Shown: positions 29,548 to 39,888 of the stretch, one piece after another
Layout: the number at the start of each line of letters is the position of its first letter
Position numbering within the stretch: position 1 is the first letter of the stretch
Origin: a virus
Length of the DNA stretch: 64,000 bases
IMG/VR virus record: IMGVR_UViG_3300035698_022738
Location: 1 to 64,000 of that record
Strand: one strand, 5' to 3'
Program-made: the position numbers and the translations under genes
Notes under the pieces: generated by a model
What the model was told of the DNA's origin: nothing
The model's database searches: none
What the model saw: only the letters and a program-made list of their open reading frames with translations

Positions 29548-32500
29548 ATGACAGAACCTAAACACTCAAGAATTGCTGAATGGACCGACATTCTGTCAGG
29601 AATCACAGGAATGGGCGGGAAGGATGAAAGGACAAAAATAATCCCCAACCTGTTGGTTGTGGATGACAGTCCTGCTGATCTCCCGGCAGGGTACGTGATT
29701 GTCGAAGATATTGGAGGATACAAAAAACCTGCTGTTGTGGTCTCTGGGCTAGTTGTCAACACAAATGACCTTGTAAATGTTCTGTATATTGAAGGGACGG
29801 AGCCGATTGTCATGCAACAGGGCTCCGCATCTCCAACAGTTCCAGCAGGATGGCCGTATGATGATGTGTTCACTGTCGATTTAACTAATACGGGTGCAGA
29901 TTACGCCTCTGTTGCAACAGCTGTTGCTGCATTGACAGAAGGACAGACAGCTTTCCTCGGTTCTGTTGCGGCTTCATCGTATACAGAGGGCCTGATTGAA
30001 ATGGGGGATGACTATACCTCACTGATCGGGATCGACAAGCTTAACGCATATCTGGTGACTTCTGGCAGTGATGACAGCATTCAAGTTGACTATGGAACAT
30101 ACTTTGCCAATTTGAAGATTAGGAATTCAGCATCTGTCGCAACTACACTAGCAGGATTTGTGACTAACCCGCTTGAGGGTGGGTGTGAGGTAGATATAGA
30201 GCACGTCACTTTGGTTGTTAGTAACACCGGTGCGGGGGATGCACACGGAGTAACACTGGTATACAGAGATGATTATGAACTGATTGATTGTAATTTCAGG
30301 GTCAATATAAATTCTGGTGATGGGTATGCTGCCTACCTCGAAGAGGGGGCTGAGCTGTATGTACAAAGTGGGTTTTTGTTAGGGGAGACAGCAGCAATCT
30401 ACGCAGAGGTTGATGCTGAAGTTCAGTTCCGTGGGATGCCTACACTCCAGGGGGGAATTGACGGGCCAGGAACTTTCAGTGGTGCCTGGCAAGATGAAAG
30501 AGGCTATGTCCATGCAGTTCCAACATACTCAGATGCTGCACCTGCTGTTCCCCTTAATGGCATGATTTGGCTTGACACAAATTCTGATCCAATTGAATTG
30601 AACATCAGGAATACAACCAATGATGGTTGGCATACTTTCACAGCAGGCGGCAGCGCACTGAGTAATGTCACGGTAGCACCCGCTCCCGATGGTGTTACAG
30701 CTCTCTTTACTGTCACTGGTGGGGAGTATGAGGCAGATTCTTTGATTGTGACTGTGAACGGTCAGGTTCAAACAGCTGGTATCGACTTTGTTGAAACCGC
30801 ACCAGCTGCTGGGACGTTTACATTTCAGGCTGGCTCCATTCCAGAGACGGATGATATTATCAGAGTTTTCATTGGTTTGAATCCAGGTGCTGGTGGTATT
30901 GCGGCTGTTGGAGCTAACCCCACTGGGACTGTTGGTCTGTCAGTTGTAAACGGTGTGCTCACTACCTTCATGAGATCGGATGCGGCTCCTCCACTCAGTC
31001 AGTCAATTGAACCTACTTGGGATCACGACCATATTTGGAGTGATGGCTCAGTCACAATGACAGTTGATGTATCCGAGCAACAAGTTCTGTTCCCAGGGAC
31101 AGGCAGCGGGGCAGGATTGGTTATTGGCGGGGATACTCAATGGTACAGAAGTGCTGCTGACATATTGAGAACCCCAGATACAGTGGTCATAGATACAGCT
31201 CTTGGTATTGGTATTTCGCCGTCTCCATATCATCTATATGTCTATGGAGATAGTGGGCCTACTCAGGTTATCATTGATTGTACTGATTCTAGTGGAAGTG
31301 CCATACATAATGTGATGAATGATGCGGACAAAGGCGTTTCTGTTCGAACATTTGGAAGTGCTTATGGCGGCTCATTCCATGGAATTCCTACTAGCGACCT
31401 TGGAACAATAGCATTCACGAATGATAATGCCTTTATTTACACTGCACCTGCTGCTCCACTGTACCTTGGCACTTATGAAACTATCAGACTGGGGATAGCA
31501 AGCACGGGGGCGATTACATTCAATACTGCTTATACTTTCCCAACAGCAGATGGTGCTGCTAGTGAGGTTTTGGTTACTGACGGTGCTGGTGCACTGACTT
31601 GGGAACCACACTATACTAACCCAATGACTACTCAGGGAGACATCATCTACGGTGGTGCGGCTGGAGTAGCGACTCGACTTGCTGGCTCTGGAACAGATGA
31701 GTATGTATTGACATATGACACAGGAACAGGTGCTCCTACATGGGCCGACATTCAAACTAGAACTTTAACTTGGACGGCCCAGCACATATTTACCAACCAA
31801 AATGTAGGTATCGCGGTGAGTGACCCAGACACACAACTAGAAATATTCAACGCTGGCGACCAGCTCAAACTATCATTTGATGCTGCCGATAATGCAGTAT
31901 TTGCAGTAGATACTAATGGGGATTTAACAATCACTCCAAGCGGAACGTCAATCATTGCACCTTGCAAGATAGCGTTCACTCAAGCTGATTTGAACGAGTA
32001 CATAGATAGCTTAGCTGATGGCTATTTGGATATCTATGCTACTACGGCAATAAGAATGGAATCTGCACAAATGAGCCTTAGTGGTACTGGTGCATTAAGG
32101 CTTGGACCTGATACTACCTATGAGGCATTTTATGCAGATGCGGGTGACATCTATTCTGAAAGCGGTAAAATGTATATGGGGTCTGGCATACAGACCGTAG
32201 CCGAGAGATATGGAGTTGGGCTACAGGTAAGAGAGACCGCCCTAACAAAGACTCTGGTGTACGATATTGATGCGACCTTCACAGCTGCGACAGCTACAAT
32301 CCTAAAAGCGGGGGAAACTTTTGTAACAGACGGAGTTGTGGTTGGAGATTTTCTTATCATCGCCAGTGCTAATGACACTTCTTACATCGGCTCTACTGGT
32401 GAGGTGGTGGGCCTTACTGAGACTACCATTATTGTGAGTATAGCAGCAGCTGGGGATGCTATTCCTGCTGACCTGACTTCTGTGGATTTCGTAGTCTATA

Positions 32501-33528
32501 ATCATCCGGTGGCCGCCATATTAGACAATGGAGACATTCACTTTTTGGTTGGAGTCAGCCAGGACGCTTCATTCAAAGTGCTTTCACCAACTGGGAAAAA
32601 TGTACATTCAGCTCACTTTGATATAACCGCAGGAGTGGCTGGTCACCATGGAATCGGTATTGACTTCGACGCTCATACTTACGGCGGGTGTGTTGCAGAA
32701 CGTATAAATTATGACGCGACTGCTTTCGTTGCTGGCATTACTGGTGTTGGTCTTGATTTTGTTTTGTTGAACACAGGTGCAACTGGAGGTGATCTCCATG
32801 CCATTGATGTTGCTTTATCCGATCCAACCAACACCGACATGGAAAATGCAGCCGTAGCAACTCACACAGGAGTAGATGTAATCCATCAGCATTTGGGGAC
32901 ACAGGCTGCAATTGCGGCAGCTTTCACTTACGATGATAGTGCAGCAACCTACACAGATGTGACAGCTGCTTTTGCGGCAGCGGGCGTTGACGTTCAGTTG
33001 TTTGCTGAAGACGATGATCAGGTTTTGATAGCTTCTGCTGCGAAGTTCGATCAAGTAAATGTGCTGCTTGAGATTTTAGCCAGTGTCACTGTTAGTCCAA
33101 CGTTCCATTTTATAGAGGATGACGGTGACTGGATAGCATACACCCCATCTGATGATACTAATGGATTTCAGCAAAATGGGTCCATTAGATGGGATAGCGA
33201 TTCTTTAGCAACATGGGGACAGAGGACAGTAAACGAAGTGACAGGTGAAGCTGGAGCAGTTGATTATTACTGGATCAAGATTACAAGAACCAGGAATATT
33301 GTTGCAACTCCTCCGACGGAAGATACTGTTAAGGTTACGGTAACTGGAACGTTTCATGAATGGGATAGTGCGGGAAGATTGGCAATCAAAACATACAATC
33401 AAGCGGGAGAGCCGGACACAACAGACCTGCCTGCCAGCAAGTTTTGTTTTTGGAGTGACACAGATGACTCCAAGCTATACCTTTGCTATAATCATGGTGG
33501 CACTATCAAGACGGTAGAAATGACATAA
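29548..33528 (+). CDS. Large mosaic tail fibre / receptor-binding protein
   Basis: 1326 aa, Gly/Ala/Thr-rich, with fibre modules (PDG...FT, YTFPTADG..VLVTDGAG.LTW, NPMTTQGDIIYG). Confidence 0.8.
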   Translation: MTEPKHSRIAEWTDILSGITGMGGKDERTKIIPNLLVVDDSPADLPAGYVIVEDIGGYKKPAVVVSGLVVNTNDLVNVLYIEGTEPIVMQQGSASPTVPAGWPYDDVFTVDLTNTGADYASVATAVAALTEGQTAFLGSVAASSYTEGLIEMGDDYTSLIGIDKLNAYLVTSGSDDSIQVDYGTYFANLKIRNSASVATTLAGFVTNPLEGGCEVDIEHVTLVVSNTGAGDAHGVTLVYRDDYELIDCNFRVNINSGDGYAAYLEEGAELYVQSGFLLGETAAIYAEVDAEVQFRGMPTLQGGIDGPGTFSGAWQDERGYVHAVPTYSDAAPAVPLNGMIWLDTNSDPIELNIRNTTNDGWHTFTAGGSALSNVTVAPAPDGVTALFTVTGGEYEADSLIVTVNGQVQTAGIDFVETAPAAGTFTFQAGSIPETDDIIRVFIGLNPGAGGIAAVGANPTGTVGLSVVNGVLTTFMRSDAAPPLSQSIEPTWDHDHIWSDGSVTMTVDVSEQQVLFPGTGSGAGLVIGGDTQWYRSAADILRTPDTVVIDTALGIGISPSPYHLYVYGDSGPTQVIIDCTDSSGSAIHNVMNDADKGVSVRTFGSAYGGSFHGIPTSDLGTIAFTNDNAFIYTAPAAPLYLGTYETIRLGIASTGAITFNTAYTFPTADGAASEVLVTDGAGALTWEPHYTNPMTTQGDIIYGGAAGVATRLAGSGTDEYVLTYDTGTGAPTWADIQTRTLTWTAQHIFTNQNVGIAVSDPDTQLEIFNAGDQLKLSFDAADNAVFAVDTNGDLTITPSGTSIIAPCKIAFTQADLNEYIDSLADGYLDIYATTAIRMESAQMSLSGTGALRLGPDTTYEAFYADAGDIYSESGKMYMGSGIQTVAERYGVGLQVRETALTKTLVYDIDATFTAATATILKAGETFVTDGVVVGDFLIIASANDTSYIGSTGEVVGLTETTIIVSIAAAGDAIPADLTSVDFVVYNHPVAAILDNGDIHFLVGVSQDASFKVLSPTGKNVHSAHFDITAGVAGHHGIGIDFDAHTYGGCVAERINYDATAFVAGITGVGLDFVLLNTGATGGDLHAIDVALSDPTNTDMENAAVATHTGVDVIHQHLGTQAAIAAAFTYDDSAATYTDVTAAFAAAGVDVQLFAEDDDQVLIASAAKFDQVNVLLEILASVTVSPTFHFIEDDGDWIAYTPSDDTNGFQQNGSIRWDSDSLATWGQRTVNEVTGEAGAVDYYWIKITRTRNIVATPPTEDTVKVTVTGTFHEWDSAGRLAIKTYNQAGEPDTTDLPASKFCFWSDTDDSKLYLCYNHGGTIKTVEMT

Positions 33529-33552
33529 TGCCGGAACAAGAGGTAAGTGAAT

Positions 33553-34686
33553 ATGGCACAGACTAAAATAACCGAGAGACTGATTGTAGAGGACCCAACG
33601 TGGCTAGGCGATCACACCTGGCAGCCGTCTGTAGATGGTGTGGTCTGGACTATCAACGACAATGCAGCCACTGAGCAATTGACATTTGATACTACTACTG
33701 GACAGTTGGCAGTGGCTACTGAGGGGGTGGCTGCTGGTTTATTGCTTGGTGGGGATGCACTGTTGTACAGAAGTGCTGTCGATGTTTTATATACACCTGG
33801 TGATTTGTATGTCGCTGGTGGTGATTTGTATGTCGGAGCTGACCATACGCAAGTGGGTACAATAGAATTTTTTGGGTCCGCCGGGGGCTCAGATGTCGGC
33901 GGACGTGTGAAGAAGTACATGGCCGCTGACTATGACGGCACAGACGATCTTTGGTGGTCTGAAGTCTATCAAGACGATTACAGATGGCGTCTTGATGATA
34001 CAGGCGTGAGAATGACGCTCACCTATCAAGGCCAATTGCAACTGCCAGTGCAAGGTGATACGGGTGGTCTTCTCATTGGCGAGGATGTTCATTTGTACAG
34101 AAGTGCGGCGGATGAGCTTACAACATCAGACCAGCTAAAGGTTACAAATGCAAGTTCTGGCGCAATTGAAATAGGCGCATCTATCGCTAATGTGGACTTG
34201 GATTCATATTCCCATTTGACTATCAATAATGCATTCACAGCCAGGCTTTCCATAGTGTCGCCAGAGCAAGGCAACTGGGAAGGAGGCATTGTTATCACAA
34301 ATGTGTATGCCGACAATGACATGAGGAATTGGGGCATTGGGCAAGCCTCAGTAGCATTTGGTGGTGCCTTGCACTTTGGTTATCTCAGGAACACAACTGG
34401 GGCAGCAGTCGATACATTTGCTTCTATGTCAAATGCGCTTGTTATAGATGATAATAGTAGAGTTGCCGTTGGTCATACCGTCCCAGCAGCTATGCTGGAC
34501 GTATTACAAACAGAAAATGCTGGTGGAATCCCTGTACTTGAGTTGGACCAAGATGATATATCTGAGGGCTTTATCAATTTTGTCGGAGAAAACAGAGGTA
34601 GCATTGATGAGACAGACTCAGCTGCTAGTGTCAGGGTAGAGTTGAATGGTACAGTATACACCATAGCACTGTATGCTAACCAGTAA
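33553..34686 (+). CDS. Second tail fibre protein
   Basis: Shares GL.IGGD..LYRSAAD.L.T modules with the upstream fibre; GAGGT RBS. Confidence 0.75.
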   Translation: MAQTKITERLIVEDPTWLGDHTWQPSVDGVVWTINDNAATEQLTFDTTTGQLAVATEGVAAGLLLGGDALLYRSAVDVLYTPGDLYVAGGDLYVGADHTQVGTIEFFGSAGGSDVGGRVKKYMAADYDGTDDLWWSEVYQDDYRWRLDDTGVRMTLTYQGQLQLPVQGDTGGLLIGEDVHLYRSAADELTTSDQLKVTNASSGAIEIGASIANVDLDSYSHLTINNAFTARLSIVSPEQGNWEGGIVITNVYADNDMRNWGIGQASVAFGGALHFGYLRNTTGAAVDTFASMSNALVIDDNSRVAVGHTVPAAMLDVLQTENAGGIPVLELDQDDISEGFINFVGENRGSIDETDSAASVRVELNGTVYTIALYANQ

Positions 34687-34707
34687 AAATAATATGTGAG
34701 GTAACAA

Positions 34708-34809
34708 GTGGCACAAACTAAAATGACAGCAAGACAGATAGTCGGCAATAGTACCAATGTGGCTTGTACTCCTGCGCCGGATGGAGCGGAGACCGTATTT
34801 ACCATGTAG
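34708..34809 (+). pseudogene. Truncated tail-fibre gene remnant (33 codons)
   Basis: GAGGT RBS + GTG; encodes MAQTKMTARQIVGNSTNVACTPAPDGAETVFTM, matching the MAQTK start of 33553 and NVTVAPAPDGVTALFT of 29548. Confidence 0.6.
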
Positions 34810-34855
34810 CAAAAAGAGACACCATGCTTGTTCAATACAGTTGTAAAAGGAGAGT

Positions 34856-35227
34856 ATGATTATGAAGATCACAGTAGGTACATTGGCAGAATCCAATGAG
34901 GCTTTGGGCTGGATGTCTGAGCAAAAGACATTGAAGTCCAAAGACAAATTTGCGCTCGCATTATTGCTTGTGCAAGTTAGTGGGTATTTGAAAGCTTTTG
35001 AAGAGACCAGACAGGCAGCGATTAACAATTACGGGGTGGTTGAAGGCGACAGGTTTCGTATCCTGCCCGAGAACCTTGAGGCGTTCACTACTGAGATGGG
35101 AGAACTGACATCACAGGAGTGTGAACTGCCAGACGTAAGTATAGACGTAGAATCATTGATTGATGAGATGACCACGGCTCAGCTGGTCCAGTTGGATTGG
35201 TTGTTGATCAGGGATGAGAGTGAATGA
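34856..35227 (+). CDS. Hypothetical protein (common after tail fibre genes)
   Basis: AGGAG RBS; helical acidic 123 aa. Confidence 0.65.
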   Translation: MIMKITVGTLAESNEALGWMSEQKTLKSKDKFALALLLVQVSGYLKAFEETRQAAINNYGVVEGDRFRILPENLEAFTTEMGELTSQECELPDVSIDVESLIDEMTTAQLVQLDWLLIRDESE

Positions 35228-35261
35228 AAATTTTATCTGCTTTGTACGAAAGGTGAGACCA

Positions 35262-35657
35262 ATGCCAGCACCCAGAGTTTTGATAGTTGATGACGATGAT
35301 TCCGTTTTGCAGTATTTGAGTATGTGGTTCGAGCAGCAGGCTATTATGCATGAGTGCGTTTCGAGTTGTGCGGATGCCCTAGGTTTGTTGGATGACCATG
35401 TTTACGATCTCATCCTCATGGATATCCGCATGCCGGAAGAAGATGGAATTTCTTGTCGAAAGACTATTCTATCATTGCATCCCTCTGCATGTATCCGGAT
35501 GATCACAGGTTTTCCGGATGACGCTTTTGAGGCTGGCATACCTCCAGTCCAAGTTGTGCGAAAACCTTTCGAGAAGGGGCAATTGTTTGATATGTCTGTA
35601 CTGGCCTCTCAAAGGTATAGACATCGGGTAGGGGGGAGGGTAGTGAACTGTGCGTAG
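35262..35657 (+). CDS. Single-domain response regulator (CheY-like receiver)
   Basis: RVLIVDDD...YDLILMDIRMPEEDG...MITG...RKPF; D-D-T-K residues intact. Confidence 0.9.
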   Translation: MPAPRVLIVDDDDSVLQYLSMWFEQQAIMHECVSSCADALGLLDDHVYDLILMDIRMPEEDGISCRKTILSLHPSACIRMITGFPDDAFEAGIPPVQVVRKPFEKGQLFDMSVLASQRYRHRVGGRVVNCA

Positions 35658-37995
35658 GCCTGGAATGTGGACCTCAAACGGTTGGAATGATCGAGTATCA
35701 GAAATGCTCTCATGGCGGCCTGGAAGTCTTATGGGATTCTACGCTTATCTTGGATTCAATGGAGTTGCAGAATACAAAGAGCAATACCCGGAAGCCAGGA
35801 TAATGATCAGATTTCAGCACCCTACGAACTGGCACGAGAACCTGATTCAGAGCTCTCAGGATCATGCCAACAACATTGCGAGCAAGTGGCCTGATATCAA
35901 GTCTTTGGACCCAGATGTGATCATATGGAATGAGTTGAACCTGCACTATGAGAATGGGGACCCAAACGTAGGAAATCAGTGGAAGTATCAGACGCCAGAA
36001 TGGTATGCCAAGGTCGCAGAGTGGACTCAGATGGTAGCTCTTGAGATCAAGGATGTCGTTCCAGGCATGCGTCTTGTGCTTCCACCTTTTGCGTTTGGTC
36101 ATAGTGAGGATGGGTCTCCGGACAATACAGGAGTTCCAAAGGAAGGATGGGCTGGCTATGACTTTTTTGAGGAGCGAGGTTTGTTTTCCCTTTTTGACAA
36201 CATCGTATGCATGCATCCCTACTGGGGGGATGCGGGGGGAGAAAAACTTGATAGGCTGTACGATGAGGAACTGGCAAGCTGGTATGCGTTTAGATGGCAG
36301 CGTGTTTACAATCTTTGCAAATCTCGGTATGGAAAGGACGTAAGATTCTTGCTTGACGAGTGTGGGAACATGCAAGCCGGATCGGGAACCTTTACAGACC
36401 AGGTAGTCTACTATGCAACACGCTGCTTGAAAGACAAAAGAATTCTAGCACTTGCCATGTTCCTCTGGTTTGACCCAACAGGATCGCTCGGAAATATCAT
36501 GAACAGCTGGGTCAACAACATGGTCATCGGAGGCGATGAGTCCCGCCTTACTCAGCATGTCGAAACATTAGCCAACATGCCAGACGTAGAAATTGAGGCA
36601 CCTCCCCACGAGGGGGATAATTGCATTGATGATGAATTGGTGAGAGTCCAGATGTCGGACTCTATTTGGGAGGGGACCGTAGAGGCAGCCCTCAAGCATA
36701 TAATCCCTGCTGAGATCAATGTCCATGACAATCAATGGGCATGGCCTGATGAGGCAGTTAAGGCCAATGTTACAGAGCTCAGAACTTACATTGCCCACCG
36801 ATTAGAACACCCCAGAGATGGTGGTACTCACTACGATCTACGAGTGAGCGATGTTGCCTGGAAGGTGTCCCCCAAAGACGAGGAACTTAGACGGACCACG
36901 GCAGCTATTGAGGCTACTCGGGGGATGGTTGTTACCTCAAACGGGATGGTAGTAGAATACGAGTGTGTGAGTCAGTGCGGCAGAAGGGTAATCTGCAATG
37001 ATCCAGAATGCGCTGTTGGGAACGGGTATGTGAATCCCGAGCACCCCGAGTACGGTGGCCCAGTCTGGAACACTAGATTTTGTCAGGAGGGGAGCAAGGA
37101 ATGGGCGGAAGAAGGAAAAGGTTGGGAGTGGATCGTTCTCCGGTATACGGAGGGCGTTTATGAAGATGTCAAATTAGAGAGGAGATGTGAAATGGCATTA
37201 AATCCAGGAGTACCTGCCTCTCAGCTGCCAGTGTTGACAATTGAAGAGGCAAATAGTGGAATCTTTGGAGTCCGGCTTGGCCCAGATACCCACAAGTGGT
37301 TGTGGGATGATAATGGGATTAAGAGTGGTGTCGTGCGAGTGGTCGATGCAATTACGGCGCATAAGAAGTATGGTCATGATGATGTGATTGGGCCGGATGA
37401 CCTTGTGTGGATTGTTGACCGCGCTAGAATTATCACTAGTGCCGCTGGTGGTGATAACCATTTTATCGCGTTCAGTTTCATTGATGAGCGTGGCATTCCT
37501 GTTTGGAATGTTCCGCTGTTCTCGGCGTGGCCCACTGATCGTCTCAAAAACGCATCTTGGAATGCTGAGATGTGGGATGAGTATCGCCTTGACTATATGT
37601 CACCGCAGACAAACCAGTTTGCAATGGGTGGTGGGAATTTCGGCCCGACGAACAACAGCGACGAAGTTGGACCGTACACGTTCATGGTTTTGGATGTTGA
37701 CCCGACAAGTCCATACGCGCATCCATCTGAAGTTGCTGAAGGTTGGGGAATGCCTGGAAACTGGCATATCCCTGGTGATTGCGCGTGGATGTTGGTCAAG
37801 GCAAGGGACGCATACCCATGGATGTTTGGGGGGCCAGACCCCGATCCAGACCCCGATCCAGACCCAGACCCCGATCCAGACCCAGACCCTGATCCTGATC
37901 CAGGACCCTGTGAGTTTGAGAGAGCTACAGGCTGCTTGGTTGGAGTTATCGAGAATCTGACTGGGGCAGAGTATTACGTCGAAAAGGCCGGTTAG
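35650..37995 (+). CDS. Multidomain endolysin: clan-A glycoside-hydrolase-like + SpoIID/LytB-like + C-terminal domain + PD linker
   Basis: WNELN and LLDECG (acid/base and nucleophile-like); IIPAEI..WPDEAVKA..RTY..ATRG..CQEGS..AEEG (SpoIID-like); followed by a holin-like gene. Confidence 0.65.
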   Translation: MRRPGMWTSNGWNDRVSEMLSWRPGSLMGFYAYLGFNGVAEYKEQYPEARIMIRFQHPTNWHENLIQSSQDHANNIASKWPDIKSLDPDVIIWNELNLHYENGDPNVGNQWKYQTPEWYAKVAEWTQMVALEIKDVVPGMRLVLPPFAFGHSEDGSPDNTGVPKEGWAGYDFFEERGLFSLFDNIVCMHPYWGDAGGEKLDRLYDEELASWYAFRWQRVYNLCKSRYGKDVRFLLDECGNMQAGSGTFTDQVVYYATRCLKDKRILALAMFLWFDPTGSLGNIMNSWVNNMVIGGDESRLTQHVETLANMPDVEIEAPPHEGDNCIDDELVRVQMSDSIWEGTVEAALKHIIPAEINVHDNQWAWPDEAVKANVTELRTYIAHRLEHPRDGGTHYDLRVSDVAWKVSPKDEELRRTTAAIEATRGMVVTSNGMVVEYECVSQCGRRVICNDPECAVGNGYVNPEHPEYGGPVWNTRFCQEGSKEWAEEGKGWEWIVLRYTEGVYEDVKLERRCEMALNPGVPASQLPVLTIEEANSGIFGVRLGPDTHKWLWDDNGIKSGVVRVVDAITAHKKYGHDDVIGPDDLVWIVDRARIITSAAGGDNHFIAFSFIDERGIPVWNVPLFSAWPTDRLKNASWNAEMWDEYRLDYMSPQTNQFAMGGGNFGPTNNSDEVGPYTFMVLDVDPTSPYAHPSEVAEGWGMPGNWHIPGDCAWMLVKARDAYPWMFGGPDPDPDPDPDPDPDPDPDPDPDPGPCEFERATGCLVGVIENLTGAEYYVEKAG
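37834..37902 (+). repeat. (Pro-Asp)11 coding microsatellite
   Basis: Degenerate CCNGAY hexamer tandem. Confidence 0.95.
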
Positions 37996-38047
37996 ACTTG
38001 AGTAGCTCACATTGTGAGTCAAACGCAATAGCGAAAGGAACCAAAAA

Positions 38048-38461
38048 ATGAAGAAGTTCGTGATACCGTTCACAATCGTCTTGGTCACATTTGTGCTTGC
38101 TGGGGCGGCCTTCGCCCAGGATACCGTGGATTTTGTTCAGTTGCCGTCCGAGCAACTGAGTGGGATTTTGGTTTTGGCTGGAGTCCCTCTGGGAGCTGTG
38201 ATATTCATTTTGATTGAGATGCTGAAATTGTTCGGTAAGGCAATCGGCACCGCATTCTTTGATACCACAGCCGTCTGGTGGAATTTGGTACTATCTATAC
38301 TGGCCTTTGCCTTGGTCTTTGTCTGGCAACTCGGGTATCTTCCGGAGGGTACCACACAGACCCTGGTTGCCATCTTCACGTTCCTGACAACGTTTGCGTC
38401 GGCAGCGGGTATCTACAATCTGACAGCGCAGTCTGGGGTATTCCCATCTCGTAAAGGATAA
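38048..38461 (+). CDS. Putative holin / membrane protein
   Basis: Signal-like N-terminus (AFA-Q) and three hydrophobic helices, downstream of the endolysin. Confidence 0.6.
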   Translation: MKKFVIPFTIVLVTFVLAGAAFAQDTVDFVQLPSEQLSGILVLAGVPLGAVIFILIEMLKLFGKAIGTAFFDTTAVWWNLVLSILAFALVFVWQLGYLPEGTTQTLVAIFTFLTTFASAAGIYNLTAQSGVFPSRKG

Positions 38462-38474
38462 ATTGTTATAGCTC

Positions 38475-38520
38475 AAAAACTGCCTCGTTTTCGTTCTATG
38501 ATACGAGGCAGTTTTTTTTT
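38475..38520 (+). terminator. Rho-independent terminator closing the structural/lysis operon
   Basis: AAAAACTGCCTCGT / ACGAGGCAGTTTTT stem followed by a T tract. Confidence 0.85.
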
Positions 38521-38529
38521 GTGGAGAAA

Positions 38530-39888
38530 ATGCTTACATTTTTGGTTGGAGATACCTACACAAAAATAGAGGACGCTAACCTTGCGGTCAGGTCGAAGAT
38601 CAAAAAAGCTGTGTCGGCCAGACCCCAGGGTTTTCAGTATATGAAGAAGTTTAGGGATGGGTTTTGGGATGGCTATATCTCATTGCTCAAAGATAGCAGG
38701 TTCCCTACGGGACTCTTGCAACAAGTCACAGATGATCTGGATGAGTCCGGCACTGAGTATCAAATATCGAGGGTATCTGAAACTCCCTGTCCTGATATGG
38801 ATGCAATTGAAATCGAGGGATTTGATCTACGACCCTACCAAAGAGATGCGGTTGAAAAATCTCTAAGGGCCGGGCGTGGTGTTTTGGAAATGGCTACAAA
38901 CTCCGGTAAGACTCTTGTTGCGGCCTCGATTATCCGAGCAACTGGTATGCAGGCCATTGTCATTGTACCCAATCGTACCCTGCTTTTTCAGACAGCGGAA
39001 AGTCTGTCTAAAATGCTTGGTGCTGAGATTGGGATGTTTGGTGGAAACCACAAAGATTTCCTGCCTGTGACTGTGACTACAATGCAGTCACTAAAAAAGA
39101 TGACAAAAACAGAGGATATATCCAGCAACCAAACTCTCATCATTGATGAATGTCATCATACTCGGGCCGGACAGATTTTTGATACAATCTTCTCCGTTCC
39201 AGGTTATTTTAGATTTGGAATGTCTGGGACCCCCATCCGAGGTGATGACTTGAGCGACCTCAAGCTGATGGCAGCTACCGGAGGTGTAATCTGCTCAGTC
39301 TCCAACATGGACCTAATTGACAGTGATTTCTCGGAGATGCCTACGGTCTTTTTTCTCTCAGTCGAGGTGCCTAACCGTGGGGGTGAGACAGACTATCAAG
39401 AGGCCTATCGAGCGTGCATTGTCCGCAACCACGTCCGCAATGATTTGATTGTCTCAATTGCAGAGAGAGAGTCAAAGAGTCGGGGGCCTGTTCTGGTTCT
39501 GGTTGACTGGATTGAGCACCTTGATTCAATACGATCTCTCTACTCAGGGGAAGGAAACTGGCTGTTTTTGAATGGCTCTATGTCACAGGCTGAGATAGTT
39601 AGTGGCCTCGAAGAGTTTAGATCAGGGACGGTAGATGCCATGGTTGCCACTGATATATTTGGTGAGGGTATCGACGTGCCTGCAATTTGTACCGTTGTCA
39701 TGGCAAGCGGGGGGAAAAGTCGTATCAAGGTCCTGCAAAGGATTGGTCGGGGTATGCGTAAAGGAAAAGAGTGCGAAGGTCTGCATGTGTATGATTTTTT
39801 GGATGATACCCACGACATATTGCTATCTCATTCCGCTCAGAGATATGAGGTTTACAAGGGAGAGGGATTTGCCATTAAAAGAGCCTGA
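38530..39888 (+). CDS. SF2 DEAD/DEAH-box helicase (UvsW/XPB-like)
   Basis: LRPYQ, ATNSGKT, DECH, SGT, QRIGRGMR. Confidence 0.92.
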   Translation: MLTFLVGDTYTKIEDANLAVRSKIKKAVSARPQGFQYMKKFRDGFWDGYISLLKDSRFPTGLLQQVTDDLDESGTEYQISRVSETPCPDMDAIEIEGFDLRPYQRDAVEKSLRAGRGVLEMATNSGKTLVAASIIRATGMQAIVIVPNRTLLFQTAESLSKMLGAEIGMFGGNHKDFLPVTVTTMQSLKKMTKTEDISSNQTLIIDECHHTRAGQIFDTIFSVPGYFRFGMSGTPIRGDDLSDLKLMAATGGVICSVSNMDLIDSDFSEMPTVFFLSVEVPNRGGETDYQEAYRACIVRNHVRNDLIVSIAERESKSRGPVLVLVDWIEHLDSIRSLYSGEGNWLFLNGSMSQAEIVSGLEEFRSGTVDAMVATDIFGEGIDVPAICTVVMASGGKSRIKVLQRIGRGMRKGKECEGLHVYDFLDDTHDILLSHSAQRYEVYKGEGFAIKRA

